DNA of 64,000 nucleotides from Bacillota bacterium (GTDB lineage Bacteria > Bacillota > Bacilli > Bacillales > Bacillaceae): positions 20,946 to 84,945 of the forward strand of contig JBNJJO010000013.1 in NCBI GenBank assembly GCA_051750265.1, given 5' to 3'. The notes under the pieces are model-generated. The model saw nothing but the letters and a program-made list of their open reading frames with translations, did not search any database and had not been told where the DNA came from. This document shows, in pieces, positions 11,405 through 21,022 of this stretch. Each line of letters opens with the position of its first letter. Position 1 is the first letter of the stretch. Both the position numbers and the translations under genes were made by a program.

Positions 11405-11649
11405 TTTCTCATCTCCTAGAGTTACAATTTTTTATGTTATTTATCTTTTATGTCAGAGTATTCAACTATCATATGAAAAGTTTGAATAACAAATTACGCT
11501 ATCAGTAATCTGAGACTTTTAAAAAGTTTCTTTTTGAAATTTTTTATACAGATATAATTTCTTCAACGATCATTAGAAAGGTTTTAAGATATAATACGTC
11601 AATCAGATGATAAAGATCTGTACTATTTCCTAGCTAAAAAAAATTTTTA

Positions 11650-11815
11650 ATGCCTAGCCTTGAATTTCTGGGCTTCATTTTCTTATTACCTAAATTAAAA
11701 ATGGTCTACTGTACATTGATGGTCCCTATGCCGCCAAAGGATTTTCCCCTGATTTTTCAACACTTACACCATACCAATTTAAACTCACAAAATTAATGTT
11801 TCTTAATTATCCATC
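11650..11815 (+). pseudogene. Remnant of MtnE-like class I aminotransferase
   Basis: Translates to KGFSPDFSTLTPYQFKLTKLMFLNYP, resembling the FLPD...KLMxLNYP(NNP) segment; directly upstream of the mtnW remnant. Confidence 0.5.
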
Positions 11816-11860
11816 ACCATCTTTTTAATCTGTCTACAACCCTTATATTCAGGAGGTGAA

Positions 11861-12520
11861 ATGTTTGTGACAACCGACCAAGATTATAGTATAGCTACTT
11901 ATTTAATTCATGATCATTTTGATTTTCACAAAAAAGCAGAAGAAATCGCTGTTGTACTTACTGTCGGAAGTTGGACACAGCTCCCAAAGGCAAAAAAAGA
12001 ACAAATGATACCGCATTTAGGGAAAGTAATCGAAGTAAACGTGTTAAATGACAATTCAGATGAAATACCTAAGGCTCTATTAATGATCGACTACCCCCTT
12101 GTTAATATGAATCCGGATATTCCATCTATCCTCACAACAGTCTTTGGCAAATAATCAATGGACGGCCAGATTAAATTAATGGATTTGCACATACCAGATT
12201 CTCTTCTCACGCAATTTCCGGGTCCTCGTTTTTGGTATCGATGGAATAAGAAGGCTGAATTGAGTTAACAACCGTCCATTACTAATGAGTATCTTCAAAC
12301 AATGTATCGGACTTCCTCTTCAGGAACTGGAAAACGAATATCAAAACCAGATCGATGGAAAAGTAGACCTTGTAAAAGATGACGAGATTTTCTTTCGGGA
12401 TGATTATGCACCTGCTTTGAAACGAATAGATTCTTTTGAAAAACGTAATCAACACCAAATGGAAATAACTAGTAAAAAGCACTTTATGCAGTTAACCTAA
12501 CAGGACCAGTTACTCAATTA
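11861..12520 (+). pseudogene. mtnW: RuBisCO-like protein (DK-MTP-1-P enolase), truncated and frameshifted
   Basis: KKAEEIAVVLTVGSWTQLP; IPSILTTVFGK*SMDGQIKLMDL with premature stop at 12154; then PLLMSIFK and DLVKDDE; 3' half deleted. Confidence 0.88.
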
Positions 12521-12539
12521 GTTGACGTGATCAAGGAAA

Positions 12540-12834
12540 AGTAACCTTCATAAAACATGAAATGATTAAAGCATTTGTTATTTGGAAAGAAGATGCTTCT
12601 TTAACAATTCCAATTGTAGAAAATGATGCTAATCTTCCTAAATTAGCAGAAGAAATCGGCAGAGTTATCCACCACCCCGAGGTTCCAGGAGTATTAATCA
12701 AAAACCATGGAATCTATGTATGGGGAGATAGTGACTTTACTGCTAAACGCCATTTAGAGGCATTTGAATTTCTATTTGAATATCAAATTAACATGTTTTT
12801 TCTGGAAAAATTTAAACAAACTTTAAAATTTTAA
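12540..12834 (+). pseudogene. mtnB: C-terminal fragment of methylthioribulose-1-phosphate dehydratase
   Basis: EMIKAF...IPIVEN...GVLIKNHGIYVWG...AKRHLEAFEFLFEY; N-terminal half absent. Confidence 0.85.
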
Positions 12835-12851
12835 AAAAGGGGAATTAAACT

Positions 12852-13385
12852 ATGTCAACGATTAGAATGCGTAATGCCAATAAAAGATTAACACAAGAAC
12901 AAGAGGTTAAGAGATTTTTAGATAAACAAGGAGTTCTTTATGAACATTGGGATATGGAAGAGTTACCCAATAATTTGCAGGATAATTTTATACTTTCTGA
13001 TGAGAAAAAAGAAGAAATTCTTACCGTCTTTGATTCCGAAATTAGATCCCTTACAAATCGACGTGGCTATAAAGAATGGGACATTGTTGCATTGTCCGAT
13101 GCAACTACTAATTTAGATGATCTACTGAAGAAGTTTGAACAGATACATGATCATACCAAAGATGAAGTTCGTGCAATCACAGCAGGAAATGGGATCTTTA
13201 CGATCACGGGGGATTCCGGTTATTTCGATGTAGAATTGTCTGCTGGGGATGTGATTTCTGTTCCGGTCAACATACCCCATTTCTTTACTTTAATGGAAAA
13301 CCGTCATGTAGTGGCCGTTCGATTGTTTATAGATGCTTAAGGTTGGGTTGCTCATCTTTATGAAGATCCGGACTTCAAATCGTAA
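12852..13385 (+). pseudogene. mtnD: Acireductone dioxygenase with a premature stop near the C-terminus
   Basis: HDHTKDEVR and PHFF metal ligands; VAVRLFIDA-TAA(13338-13340)-GWVAHLYEDPDFKS continues in frame past the stop. Confidence 0.85.
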
Positions 13386-13479
13386 TAGAAATGAATGATT
13401 GATTTTTAACTAAGAAACCGATGAAACGTAATCAGCCTATTTCATTTGAAAGAGGCTTTTCCATATTGTCATTAATAAT

Positions 13480-14271
13480 TTAATTTTTGAGAGATTTGTA
13501 ATCAAGAAGCCAATAGATACCGTCATGATCCACAATGACTTCTAAAAAATCATTTGTTCCGGATTTATCGTTTGATTTCCACCTTGTATAAGTGATTGAC
13601 ACTAACATCGATACAAAGGCATCACGAAAATAATCATCCTTGAAATTTTCCTTATTCCAGCCCCTTATCTTTTCGGTGGAACCCGATCGTCCGATTATTT
13701 TTTTCCATGCGTCTACTAAAAACGCTTTTTCTTTTTCAACATCCCTTTTTTCCTCTATCTCAAACGGAAAATTACTATATGGGCTTGTTTCTAAATATAC
13801 TCTCTTCGTTGCTCCAGATATAGGAAAACGATTTATCCAATCACTAATCTTAAGATAACTTTCACATTGCCATCTTTGATTCAAATGAGTTTCACATTTT
13901 TCTTCAAGCTGAACATCGCGAATCGTATATTCTGGTTTTACTGGAGTACTTAAACTAGCGCCTGTCGTAAAAATGATATATTCCTTTAAATAAGAATTAC
14001 TCGCCTTTTGATATCTGTTTTTAGAAAAAAAGTTAATATTACGGTACAGAAATTCGAACGCATCTTCGCTTCCATTTGTTTTCATCTCCCAATACGTTCT
14101 ATCCTTATACATGAGTACAACACAATCTCTTTCATTATGGTAACTAAAACCGAGGCTTACTCCAATAAACAAAGACCTTTCTTGAATTTCATTAAAATCC
14201 AATGGTGGTATTTCCTTGTTTTCTTGTCTCTTATCTCGCCACGAGTTGCTTTTCTTATTTACTAATTTCAA
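13480..14271 (-). CDS. Hypothetical protein, possibly DUF429/RNase H-like fold
   Basis: 263-aa ORF with RBS; pattern FIGVSLG...LETSPY...DDYFRDAFVS resembles DUF429 motifs (IGxD / ExYP / DxxDA). Confidence 0.55.
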   Translation of the reverse strand: MKLVNKKSNSWRDKRQENKEIPPLDFNEIQERSLFIGVSLGFSYHNERDCVVLMYKDRTYWEMKTNGSEDAFEFLYRNINFFSKNRYQKASNSYLKEYIIFTTGASLSTPVKPEYTIRDVQLEEKCETHLNQRWQCESYLKISDWINRFPISGATKRVYLETSPYSNFPFEIEEKRDVEKEKAFLVDAWKKIIGRSGSTEKIRGWNKENFKDDYFRDAFVSMLVSITYTRWKSNDKSGTNDFLEVIVDHDGIYWLLDYKSLKN

Positions 14272-14379
14272 TAGTACACCACCTTCTTACTAAAAAAATC
14301 ACCTAACTCTACGAAGACTCCAAAATTATATTATTTAGGCACAACTTATATTATGACTTAACTCATTTAAATTAATGAT

Positions 14380-14548
14380 GTTCTTCTTAATTACTGTGGT
14401 TTTTGGACCGTTTTTCCATAAATATCAATATGTAAAAACAAATTTGAAACGTCAGTTGTTTCAAAAAGTGACACGCCTAATCTTGATAGGGCAAGCATCC
14501 GCTTACTTAACTGTCTAAAAAATCCACAACAATCTTTCAGAAAAAAAA
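14380..14548. repeat. Degenerate MITE-like inverted-repeat element related to family A
   Basis: Ends CTGTGGTTTTTGGAC ... GTCTAAAAAATCCACAACAATCTTTCAGAAAA resemble family A termini; GGCT ends and target duplication are not recognisable. Confidence 0.4.
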
Positions 14549-14754
14549 CTTCTATATAAATAAAAAAAGAGTGAATGAAAAAGATCATTTTCCCCTCCTT
14601 TTTATTCACCATTGCAAAATCAGCCATTATGGCAGATCTGATATCGCGAAGGACTATTGTGGTAGTCGCATTCGTTTATACGCATAAACAAACCAAATGA
14701 TTTTTAAGTAGCTATTAGAACAGCTTTTAACCCCTAAATCGAATTCCGTGTCAA

Positions 14755-14933
14755 ACAGTGCATTCCAAGCCATGACATGGCATCTATAACAATGCTCCTT
14801 TTCCATCTTCGAGGTATATGCCTCTCCCTTCTTTGAAAATAAAAGAAGGGTCGGCATCCTGCTGCTTTTAAACCTTAGGATGTTGGATAAAAAAAATGGT
14901 TTTTATATAATTCACCCAGCAGACGACTGCCAT
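14755..14933 (-). pseudogene. Second 5' fragment of the class III aminotransferase
   Basis: Shares GCCTCTCCCTTCTTTGAAAATAAAAGAAGGG and flanking similarity with about 9800-9969, same orientation. Confidence 0.75.
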
Positions 14934-14973
14934 CTATCCCATTTGACATAAGAACTATCCTTTATTCTGGACG

Positions 14974-16251
14974 TTATTCATACCCACACCAATCGACAAT
15001 CGTTAAGGCAATGATTTCTGCCGCCTCAAAAACTTTGTCAATCTCAATATATTCATTTGGAAAATGGGCTTTTCCTGTTACACCTGGTCCAAACACAATC
15101 GTCGGCGTTAATCCAACTCTAGTTAACAGACCTCCGTCTGTCCCCCATGGAGACGCTTCGATGACCGGATTTTCACCTAATACGTCTCGATAGCTAGATG
15201 TTAATTTTCCAACAAACTCATGTTCAAGGTCTATTGAACCTGGTACCCATCTCGCACCAAACCACTCGAGTATTGCAGGATGTTCTTCAAACCATGGGTC
15301 GATTTCCTTAAGGCTTCCAATCCAGCTTTCCATCTCTTGCTTTGCTTCTTCCATTGTTTCTTCAGGGGAGACACCCATTCGTCCTTCTAATTTTACAAGA
15401 TCAGCGACTGAGGAAGGCCAATCACCACCTTCAATTTTTCCAATATTGATTGGAATCGGGATCGGGATTTTACTATAAAGTGGGTCGGTAACTCGTTCAT
15501 TTCTACGTTTTTCAAGCTCTCTGATATGTTCAACAACAAGAGATGATTTTTCAATTGCACTTACGCCCTCGTATCGTGTACCACCATGGGCTGAGCGACC
15601 TTTAACATGGATTCTAAACCACATCGATCCTTGTTGTTTCGGAAATATTTTCATATTAGTCGGTTCTGGTATAATTGCTGCATCTGCCTTGTAACCTCTT
15701 AAAATAGCTGCTAATGTACCTAAACCACCACTTTCCTCCTCAATGACACTTTGAAAAATAACATCTCCCTTTAACGTAATGTCTAATTCTTGAAGAGCTG
15801 ATAGAGCTAAAAGCAGGGAGACATTTCCACCTTTCATATCTGTGGCACCGCGACCGTATAGTTTCCCATCGACGATTTTCCCGCTATATGGGTCATGCTC
15901 CCATTGCTCCCGATTACCTTCAGGAACGACATCAATATGTCCATTTAATATAAGGGAACGTCCCCCACCTGTTCCTTTTAATAGGCCGACAACATTCGGA
16001 CTTCCTTTAAATTCGCTTCGTGGTGAGGCAAAATAGGGATGGTTTACTAATTCGTCCCCTTCAGGCTGCCAAACATCAATCTTCAAACCGATTTTATTCA
16101 GTGTTTCGATGACAATGGTTTGTGCCTGCTGTTCATTTCCCTGTGTACTGTCGGCCTGCACCAGTTTCTGTAGGAGCTGGGCCCCATGTCCACGGTTCGT
16201 CGTTAACCACTGATTGAGTTGAGCTTGTAGCATCTTACGTTTGTCGCTCAA
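14974..16251 (-). CDS. yodQ: M20/ArgE-family deacetylase/peptidase
   Basis: LNGHIDVVP, GRGATDMKGG, EEESGG, EPT, GTDG, AHFPNE; kam cluster context. Confidence 0.88.
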   Translation of the reverse strand: MSDKRKMLQAQLNQWLTTNRGHGAQLLQKLVQADSTQGNEQQAQTIVIETLNKIGLKIDVWQPEGDELVNHPYFASPRSEFKGSPNVVGLLKGTGGGRSLILNGHIDVVPEGNREQWEHDPYSGKIVDGKLYGRGATDMKGGNVSLLLALSALQELDITLKGDVIFQSVIEEESGGLGTLAAILRGYKADAAIIPEPTNMKIFPKQQGSMWFRIHVKGRSAHGGTRYEGVSAIEKSSLVVEHIRELEKRRNERVTDPLYSKIPIPIPINIGKIEGGDWPSSVADLVKLEGRMGVSPEETMEEAKQEMESWIGSLKEIDPWFEEHPAILEWFGARWVPGSIDLEHEFVGKLTSSYRDVLGENPVIEASPWGTDGGLLTRVGLTPTIVFGPGVTGKAHFPNEYIEIDKVFEAAEIIALTIVDWCGYE

Positions 16252-16280
16252 ACGATTCTCCTCCTTAAAAGAGTTCTGCC

Positions 16281-16943
16281 TTAGTTAACCGTTTCTACAT
16301 CTCTAGAAATCCTCAGTGGTGCATCTGTTTTCATTGCGACTTCCTCTATTGTAAATGGAGCCATCACTTCTTTTAAAAGCAACCCCTTTTCCGTCACTTC
16401 GATTACAGCCATATCTGTAATGATCATGCTCACACATGCTTTCGCAGTCAAAGGCAATGTACATGTTTTTAATATTTTCGGTTCGCCTTTTTTATTACAG
16501 TGATTCATTACCACAATCACTTTTTTCGCTTTTTTAGCAAGCTCCATCGCTCCACCAATTCCTGGTACTCTTTTTCCTGGAACAATCCAGTTGGCCAAAT
16601 CACCTTTTTCACTTACTTCAAGTCCACCTAGAATCGTTACATCCAAATAACCAGAGCGAATCATTCCAAAAGCGGTGGCACTGTCAAAATAGGAAGCACC
16701 TGGGACGATGGTTACAGGAAAGCCTCCAGCATTACATAATGTTGGATCCTCCGCACCTTTTTCAGGTGATTTCCCCATTCCAAGAACCCCATTTTCCGCA
16801 TGAAACATTACATGAACATCATGGGATAAATGATTCGGTACGAGTGATGGAATCCCAATCCCTAAATTAACGATCATTCCGTCTTCAATTTCCCTTGCTG
16901 CTCGTTTTGCGATTCGATTTCGTACATCTACTCCCATGCCCAT
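16281..16943 (-). CDS. yodR: CoA-transferase subunit B
   Basis: VNLGIGIPS, HAENG (catalytic Glu), GDLANW, GIGGAMEL. Confidence 0.9.
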   Translation of the reverse strand: MGMGVDVRNRIAKRAAREIEDGMIVNLGIGIPSLVPNHLSHDVHVMFHAENGVLGMGKSPEKGAEDPTLCNAGGFPVTIVPGASYFDSATAFGMIRSGYLDVTILGGLEVSEKGDLANWIVPGKRVPGIGGAMELAKKAKKVIVVMNHCNKKGEPKILKTCTLPLTAKACVSMIITDMAVIEVTEKGLLLKEVMAPFTIEEVAMKTDAPLRISRDVETVN

Positions 16944-17632
16944 TTCCAATCTACCCCTTTACTTTGAATGACGAGATCAACGTAAATCCCAGGTGTCACA
17001 ATCATCTCGGGGTTAAGCTCACCTTTTTCAACGATTTCTTCTACTTCTGCAATGGTAAATCTTCCTGCCATCGCCACTAATGGGTTGGTGTTTCGAGCAC
17101 TCGTTTCATAGACAAGATTTCCAAATGTATCTGCTTTTTTTGCGTAAACAATTGCTATATCAGCGGTCAAAGCTGTCTCTAGCAAATATTCCTTCCCATT
17201 AACGGACACCTTTTGTTTCCCTTCTTCTATCATACTATCAAGTCCAACATCTGTTAGAATGCCACCGAGACCGACTCCACCCGCACGAATTCGTTCTGCC
17301 AAAGTTCCTTGAGGTGAAAATTCCACCTCCATTTTCTCCTCCATCATTAGCTGACCAGCAACAGGGTTTGAGCCGATATGTGAGACAATTAATTTTTTTG
17401 CTCTGCCTTGACTTACCAGCCTGCCAATTCCGATATCTGGAAATCCAGTATCATTCCCAATAAGAGTTAAATCCTTTACCCCTTTTTCAACCATTCCATT
17501 TACTAATGTTGGAGGATTCCCAATTCCTCCGAATCCTCCAAACATGAGTGTACATCCATCTGTAATATGCGACATCGCTTCTTCAAGGCTAGCTACTTTG
17601 TTGGTTGATTTCTTTGGAGGTATTTGCGTCAT
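16928..17632 (-). CDS. yodS: CoA-transferase subunit A
   Basis: MFGGFGGIG, SHIG, PQGTLAERIRAGG, ARNTNP. Confidence 0.9.
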   Translation of the reverse strand: MTQIPPKKSTNKVASLEEAMSHITDGCTLMFGGFGGIGNPPTLVNGMVEKGVKDLTLIGNDTGFPDIGIGRLVSQGRAKKLIVSHIGSNPVAGQLMMEEKMEVEFSPQGTLAERIRAGGVGLGGILTDVGLDSMIEEGKQKVSVNGKEYLLETALTADIAIVYAKKADTFGNLVYETSARNTNPLVAMAGRFTIAEVEEIVEKGELNPEMIVTPGIYVDLVIQSKGVDWKWAWE

Positions 17633-17648
17633 ATTTTGCTCCTCCTCT

Positions 17649-18986
17649 CTACCTGAGTTCACTTCGAATCTCTGAAATTGTTTCTTCAAAAATAGAAACT
17701 AAATGGTCGATCTCTTGATTGGTTATTACGAAGGGTGGTGAAATAATGACTGCATCTCCATGTACGCCCTCTTTACCAGCTGATGCAGGATAAATAAGTA
17801 AGCCTTTATCTCTTGCTTTTTCGACTACTTTACTTGTCACTGTTGCTTTTGTGCTGAACGGACGTTTCGTTTTTGCATCGGCAGCAAACTCGATACCAAC
17901 CAATAGCCCTTTTCCACGAACATCGCCAATCATGCCACCTTTCAATGCTACAGCTTGCAACTTTTCAAGCAAATAGTCTCCGTTTTCTTTCACTTTTTCT
18001 ACCAATCTATGTTTTTCTATATAGTCTAGTACAGCTAGAGCAACAGCAGCCGATTGTGGGTTTGCGCTATAGGTATGACCACTCATGATCGATTTTGATC
18101 CATTTAAAATAGGTGTCATTACTTTTTCACTCGCAAGTGTGGCTGCGATTGCTGTGTAACCAGCACTCATTCCTTTTCCGAGTGCGATGATATCTGGCTT
18201 AACTCCCCAGTGATCCATCCCGAACATTTTCCCGGTGCGACCAATGCCTGTCATTACTTCATCTGCAATAAATAAGATATTATGGCGTTCACAAATGTCT
18301 TTGATTTTTTGATAATAGCCTTCTGGTGGAACAATGCCCCCACCAGCTGCACCTATAATTGGTTCGGCAATAAAGGCTGCAATATGCTCAGCTCCTACCC
18401 GCTGGATCGCCGTTTCTAAGTCACTGGCACAAAATAATTGACATTCCGGATACGTTAGATTAAATGGACATCGATAGCAATATGGTGCTGATACGCAAGG
18501 ATAATCCTCTAACAAGGGAACAAATCGTTCACGCCGCTTGACATGACCTGACATAGATAACGCCCCAAGCGTGATCCCGTGATAACTTATCCAACGTGAC
18601 AGGATTTTTTGTTTCTGATAATCTCCCTGCTCCTGCCAATGCTGGATGGCTATTTTCATCGCTGTTTCGGTTGCCTCAGACCCGCTGTTAACGAAGAATG
18701 ACCAATAGTCTTCGTCTGCATTGACAAGCTGATTTAATTTTTGAGCCAACTTTTCTGCCGGCTCTGACGTAAATTGGGAACGATACACAAATGATATTTT
18801 TTTTGCTTGCTCATGCATAGCCTCAATGATTTCAGGGACCCGATGACCTATGCTTGCTGTGACTGCACCAGAGGAACCATCTATATATTTTTTTCCAGTA
18901 TCATCATATAGATAGATGCCATCACCATGTGTTGCAGTTGGATAAAAGTCATTCATCATTGGTTTAATCAATAACGAACGTTCCAT
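17649..18986 (-). CDS. yodT: Class III aminotransferase (beta-lysine pathway)
   Basis: SGSEATETAMK, FIADEVMTGIGRTG, LGKGM (PLP Lys), GHTY. Confidence 0.9.
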   Translation of the reverse strand: MERSLLIKPMMNDFYPTATHGDGIYLYDDTGKKYIDGSSGAVTASIGHRVPEIIEAMHEQAKKISFVYRSQFTSEPAEKLAQKLNQLVNADEDYWSFFVNSGSEATETAMKIAIQHWQEQGDYQKQKILSRWISYHGITLGALSMSGHVKRRERFVPLLEDYPCVSAPYCYRCPFNLTYPECQLFCASDLETAIQRVGAEHIAAFIAEPIIGAAGGGIVPPEGYYQKIKDICERHNILFIADEVMTGIGRTGKMFGMDHWGVKPDIIALGKGMSAGYTAIAATLASEKVMTPILNGSKSIMSGHTYSANPQSAAVALAVLDYIEKHRLVEKVKENGDYLLEKLQAVALKGGMIGDVRGKGLLVGIEFAADAKTKRPFSTKATVTSKVVEKARDKGLLIYPASAGKEGVHGDAVIISPPFVITNQEIDHLVSIFEETISEIRSELR

Positions 18987-19036
18987 ACGAATCCCCTCTC
19001 TCTGTCCTTCACCTTAATCTCTTGTTTCAAACGTTT

Positions 19037-19309
19037 CTAAAATCTAAAATAGTTTCTTTTTAAAAATTTGGGCTGAGCCATTAATGTGTCGAACGAAATT
19101 TCTTTTCCAATCTTTGTCGTATCAATTAATAAAAGCTGATCCTCTAATTCTTGAATTGTTTTTTCTGTTTGATATTCCATTCCACATGAAGAACATTTCA
19201 TACCCGGTGTTTCTTTTATTTCAATTGCTCGCGTTCCATCAGGAAGTTCCCAGTAAACAGTACAGGTGATTTCACCAACTTGTGCCTCTTCACACCATTC
19301 ACATTTCAT
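19037..19309 (-). CDS. yokU: YokU-family zinc-ribbon protein
   Basis: CEWC...VYWELPDGTRAIEI...CSSCG...LKRNYF; adjacent to kamA. Confidence 0.88.
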   Translation of the reverse strand: MKCEWCEEAQVGEITCTVYWELPDGTRAIEIKETPGMKCSSCGMEYQTEKTIQELEDQLLLIDTTKIGKEISFDTLMAQPKFLKRNYFRF

Positions 19310-19331
19310 TTTGATAACACCCCCCCTAGTG

Positions 19332-20732
19332 TTACTCCGTGTCTTTGTATTCCTTCTTTAATTGGGCCTGAAACTTCTTCTCTTTCAGCTCATCACGCTT
19401 TTCACGCTTCTCTTTTAATGACGAATAGGTTGGGCTCTGTTGAAAGTTCTGTCTGCGATCATAGCGCTCAAGTGAATCTGGAACAAGATTAAATTGTTCA
19501 TCATTCAATAAAGAGCTAATTCCTTTTTTCGATGGTTTTGTATCGTGATTTTGATAAATTCCATTAAAATAATCATCTGCACGCCCTGAAACATAATGTT
19601 CTGGCTCTGGATAAGTGGTTATGACACCTTCAAAATTACGCAGTACTGTCTTTGTTGGACTTTGTGAAATTACGTAGTTTGGTTGTAATGTAATTTTGCC
19701 CCCGCCCCCAGGAGCATCGACGACAAAGGTTGGTACTGCATAACCGGATGTATGACCACGTAACCCTTCAATAATCTCGATTCCTTTTGAAATTGGTGCT
19801 CGGAAATGGCCAATCCCCTCAGAAAGATCACATTGATAAATATAATAAGGGCGGACCCGGATTTTCACTAAATCATGCATTAATTTTTTCATAATTGGTA
19901 CGCTGTCGTTAATACCAGCTAAAATAACCGCCTGGTTTCCAACTGGGACTCCTGCATCAACAAGCATTTCACATGCACGTTTCGATTCTTCGGTAATTTC
20001 AATCGACGTATTGAAGTGAGTATTTAACCAAACAGGGTGATACTTTTTCAAAATATTACAGAGGTTTTCCGTGATTCGTTGTGGAAAAACAACAGGTGCT
20101 CTCGTTCCAATTCGAATAATTTCTACATGTGTTATTTCTCGCAAATTTTTCAAAATATATTCAAGGATGTTGTCATTAATGAGTAAGCCATCACCGCCTG
20201 AAAGTAACACGTCACGAACCTCAGGTGTGTTTCGGATATAATCAATGGCACCATCTAACTGCTTTTTCGGAACGCCCATTCCAATCTGTCCAGAGAATCG
20301 ACGGCGGGTACAATAACGGCAATACATCGAGCACTGGTTCGTGACGAGAAACAAAACGCGATCAGGGTAACGGTGTGTTAAACCTGCTACAGGTGAATCT
20401 TCATCTTCCTCGAGCGGGTCTTCTAAATCATATTTCGTTTTGTTTATTTCTTCTCCGATCGGAACTGATTGCATCCGGATTGGACATCTTACATCTGTTG
20501 GATTCATTAATGCTGCATAATATGGGGTAATGTTTAGTGGGATCGTTTTTGAAGAAATTCTTACGCCTTCTTCTTCTTCTGGTGTTAGTTCGATTACCTT
20601 TTTTAAATCATCAAGTGTACGGATCGTGTTCGTTAGCTGCCAAATCCAATCATTCCACTTCTCCTCCGGCACGTCCTTCCATAGTTCGATATCTTTCCAG
20701 TGTCTTTCTGGTTTATATAAATCAAGCAACAT
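19332..20732 (-). CDS. kamA: L-lysine 2,3-aminomutase (radical SAM/PLP)
   Basis: THRYPDRV, CSMYCRYCTRRR, LSGGD, DAPGGGGK. Confidence 0.97.
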   Translation of the reverse strand: MLLDLYKPERHWKDIELWKDVPEEKWNDWIWQLTNTIRTLDDLKKVIELTPEEEEGVRISSKTIPLNITPYYAALMNPTDVRCPIRMQSVPIGEEINKTKYDLEDPLEEDEDSPVAGLTHRYPDRVLFLVTNQCSMYCRYCTRRRFSGQIGMGVPKKQLDGAIDYIRNTPEVRDVLLSGGDGLLINDNILEYILKNLREITHVEIIRIGTRAPVVFPQRITENLCNILKKYHPVWLNTHFNTSIEITEESKRACEMLVDAGVPVGNQAVILAGINDSVPIMKKLMHDLVKIRVRPYYIYQCDLSEGIGHFRAPISKGIEIIEGLRGHTSGYAVPTFVVDAPGGGGKITLQPNYVISQSPTKTVLRNFEGVITTYPEPEHYVSGRADDYFNGIYQNHDTKPSKKGISSLLNDEQFNLVPDSLERYDRRQNFQQSPTYSSLKEKREKRDELKEKKFQAQLKKEYKDTE

Positions 20733-20771
20733 GTTGATTTCCCCCTTAGTTACTGTTCTACACTAGTTACT

Positions 20772-20787
20772 TGCAATTTTCGTGCCA
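20772..20787 (-). promoter_or_regulatory. Sigma54 (SigL) -24/-12 promoter of kamA
   Basis: TGGCACGAAAATTGCA on minus, 40 bp upstream of the kamA ATG. Confidence 0.9.
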
Positions 20788-20940
20788 ACTAAGAAGGGTG
20801 ATTTCAAAATCAGAAAGTCTATCTAGCCCTTCCTTATTAGACACTAGGCAACTTTACGCAGAAACCGTGACATATGCCTCTTTTTTATATATGCAAGTTC
20901 CTTCAGTAAGGGGAATCGTTCCACCATTTAATCAGAGCAA

Positions 20941-21002
20941 CTGCCGAATATTCGGCAGCCCTAAATGTTTTCTTGTTTATTTATTATGCCGAAAAATCGG
21001 CA
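20941..21002. promoter_or_regulatory. Paired palindromic enhancer sites, probably bound by KamR
   Basis: Perfect palindrome CTGCCGAATATTCGGCAG (20941-20958) and TGCCGAAAAATCGGCA (20987-21002), 150-220 bp upstream of the sigma54 promoter. Confidence 0.7.
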
Positions 21003-21022
21003 CAACGTAGAAAAACTGGCAG

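Noticed and set aside
11405-11860. SAM-I (S-box) riboswitch upstream of metK or mtn
   Set aside because: The conserved AUC..GAG / GCAACC / GUGC core could not be found on either strand by eye.
11861-12520. RuBisCO / carbon fixation
   Set aside because: It is a form IV RuBisCO-like MtnW remnant next to mtnB and mtnD, and it is broken.
13338-13385. Programmed stop-codon readthrough in mtnD
   Set aside because: TAA is a poor readthrough codon and the neighbouring mtn genes are clearly decayed.
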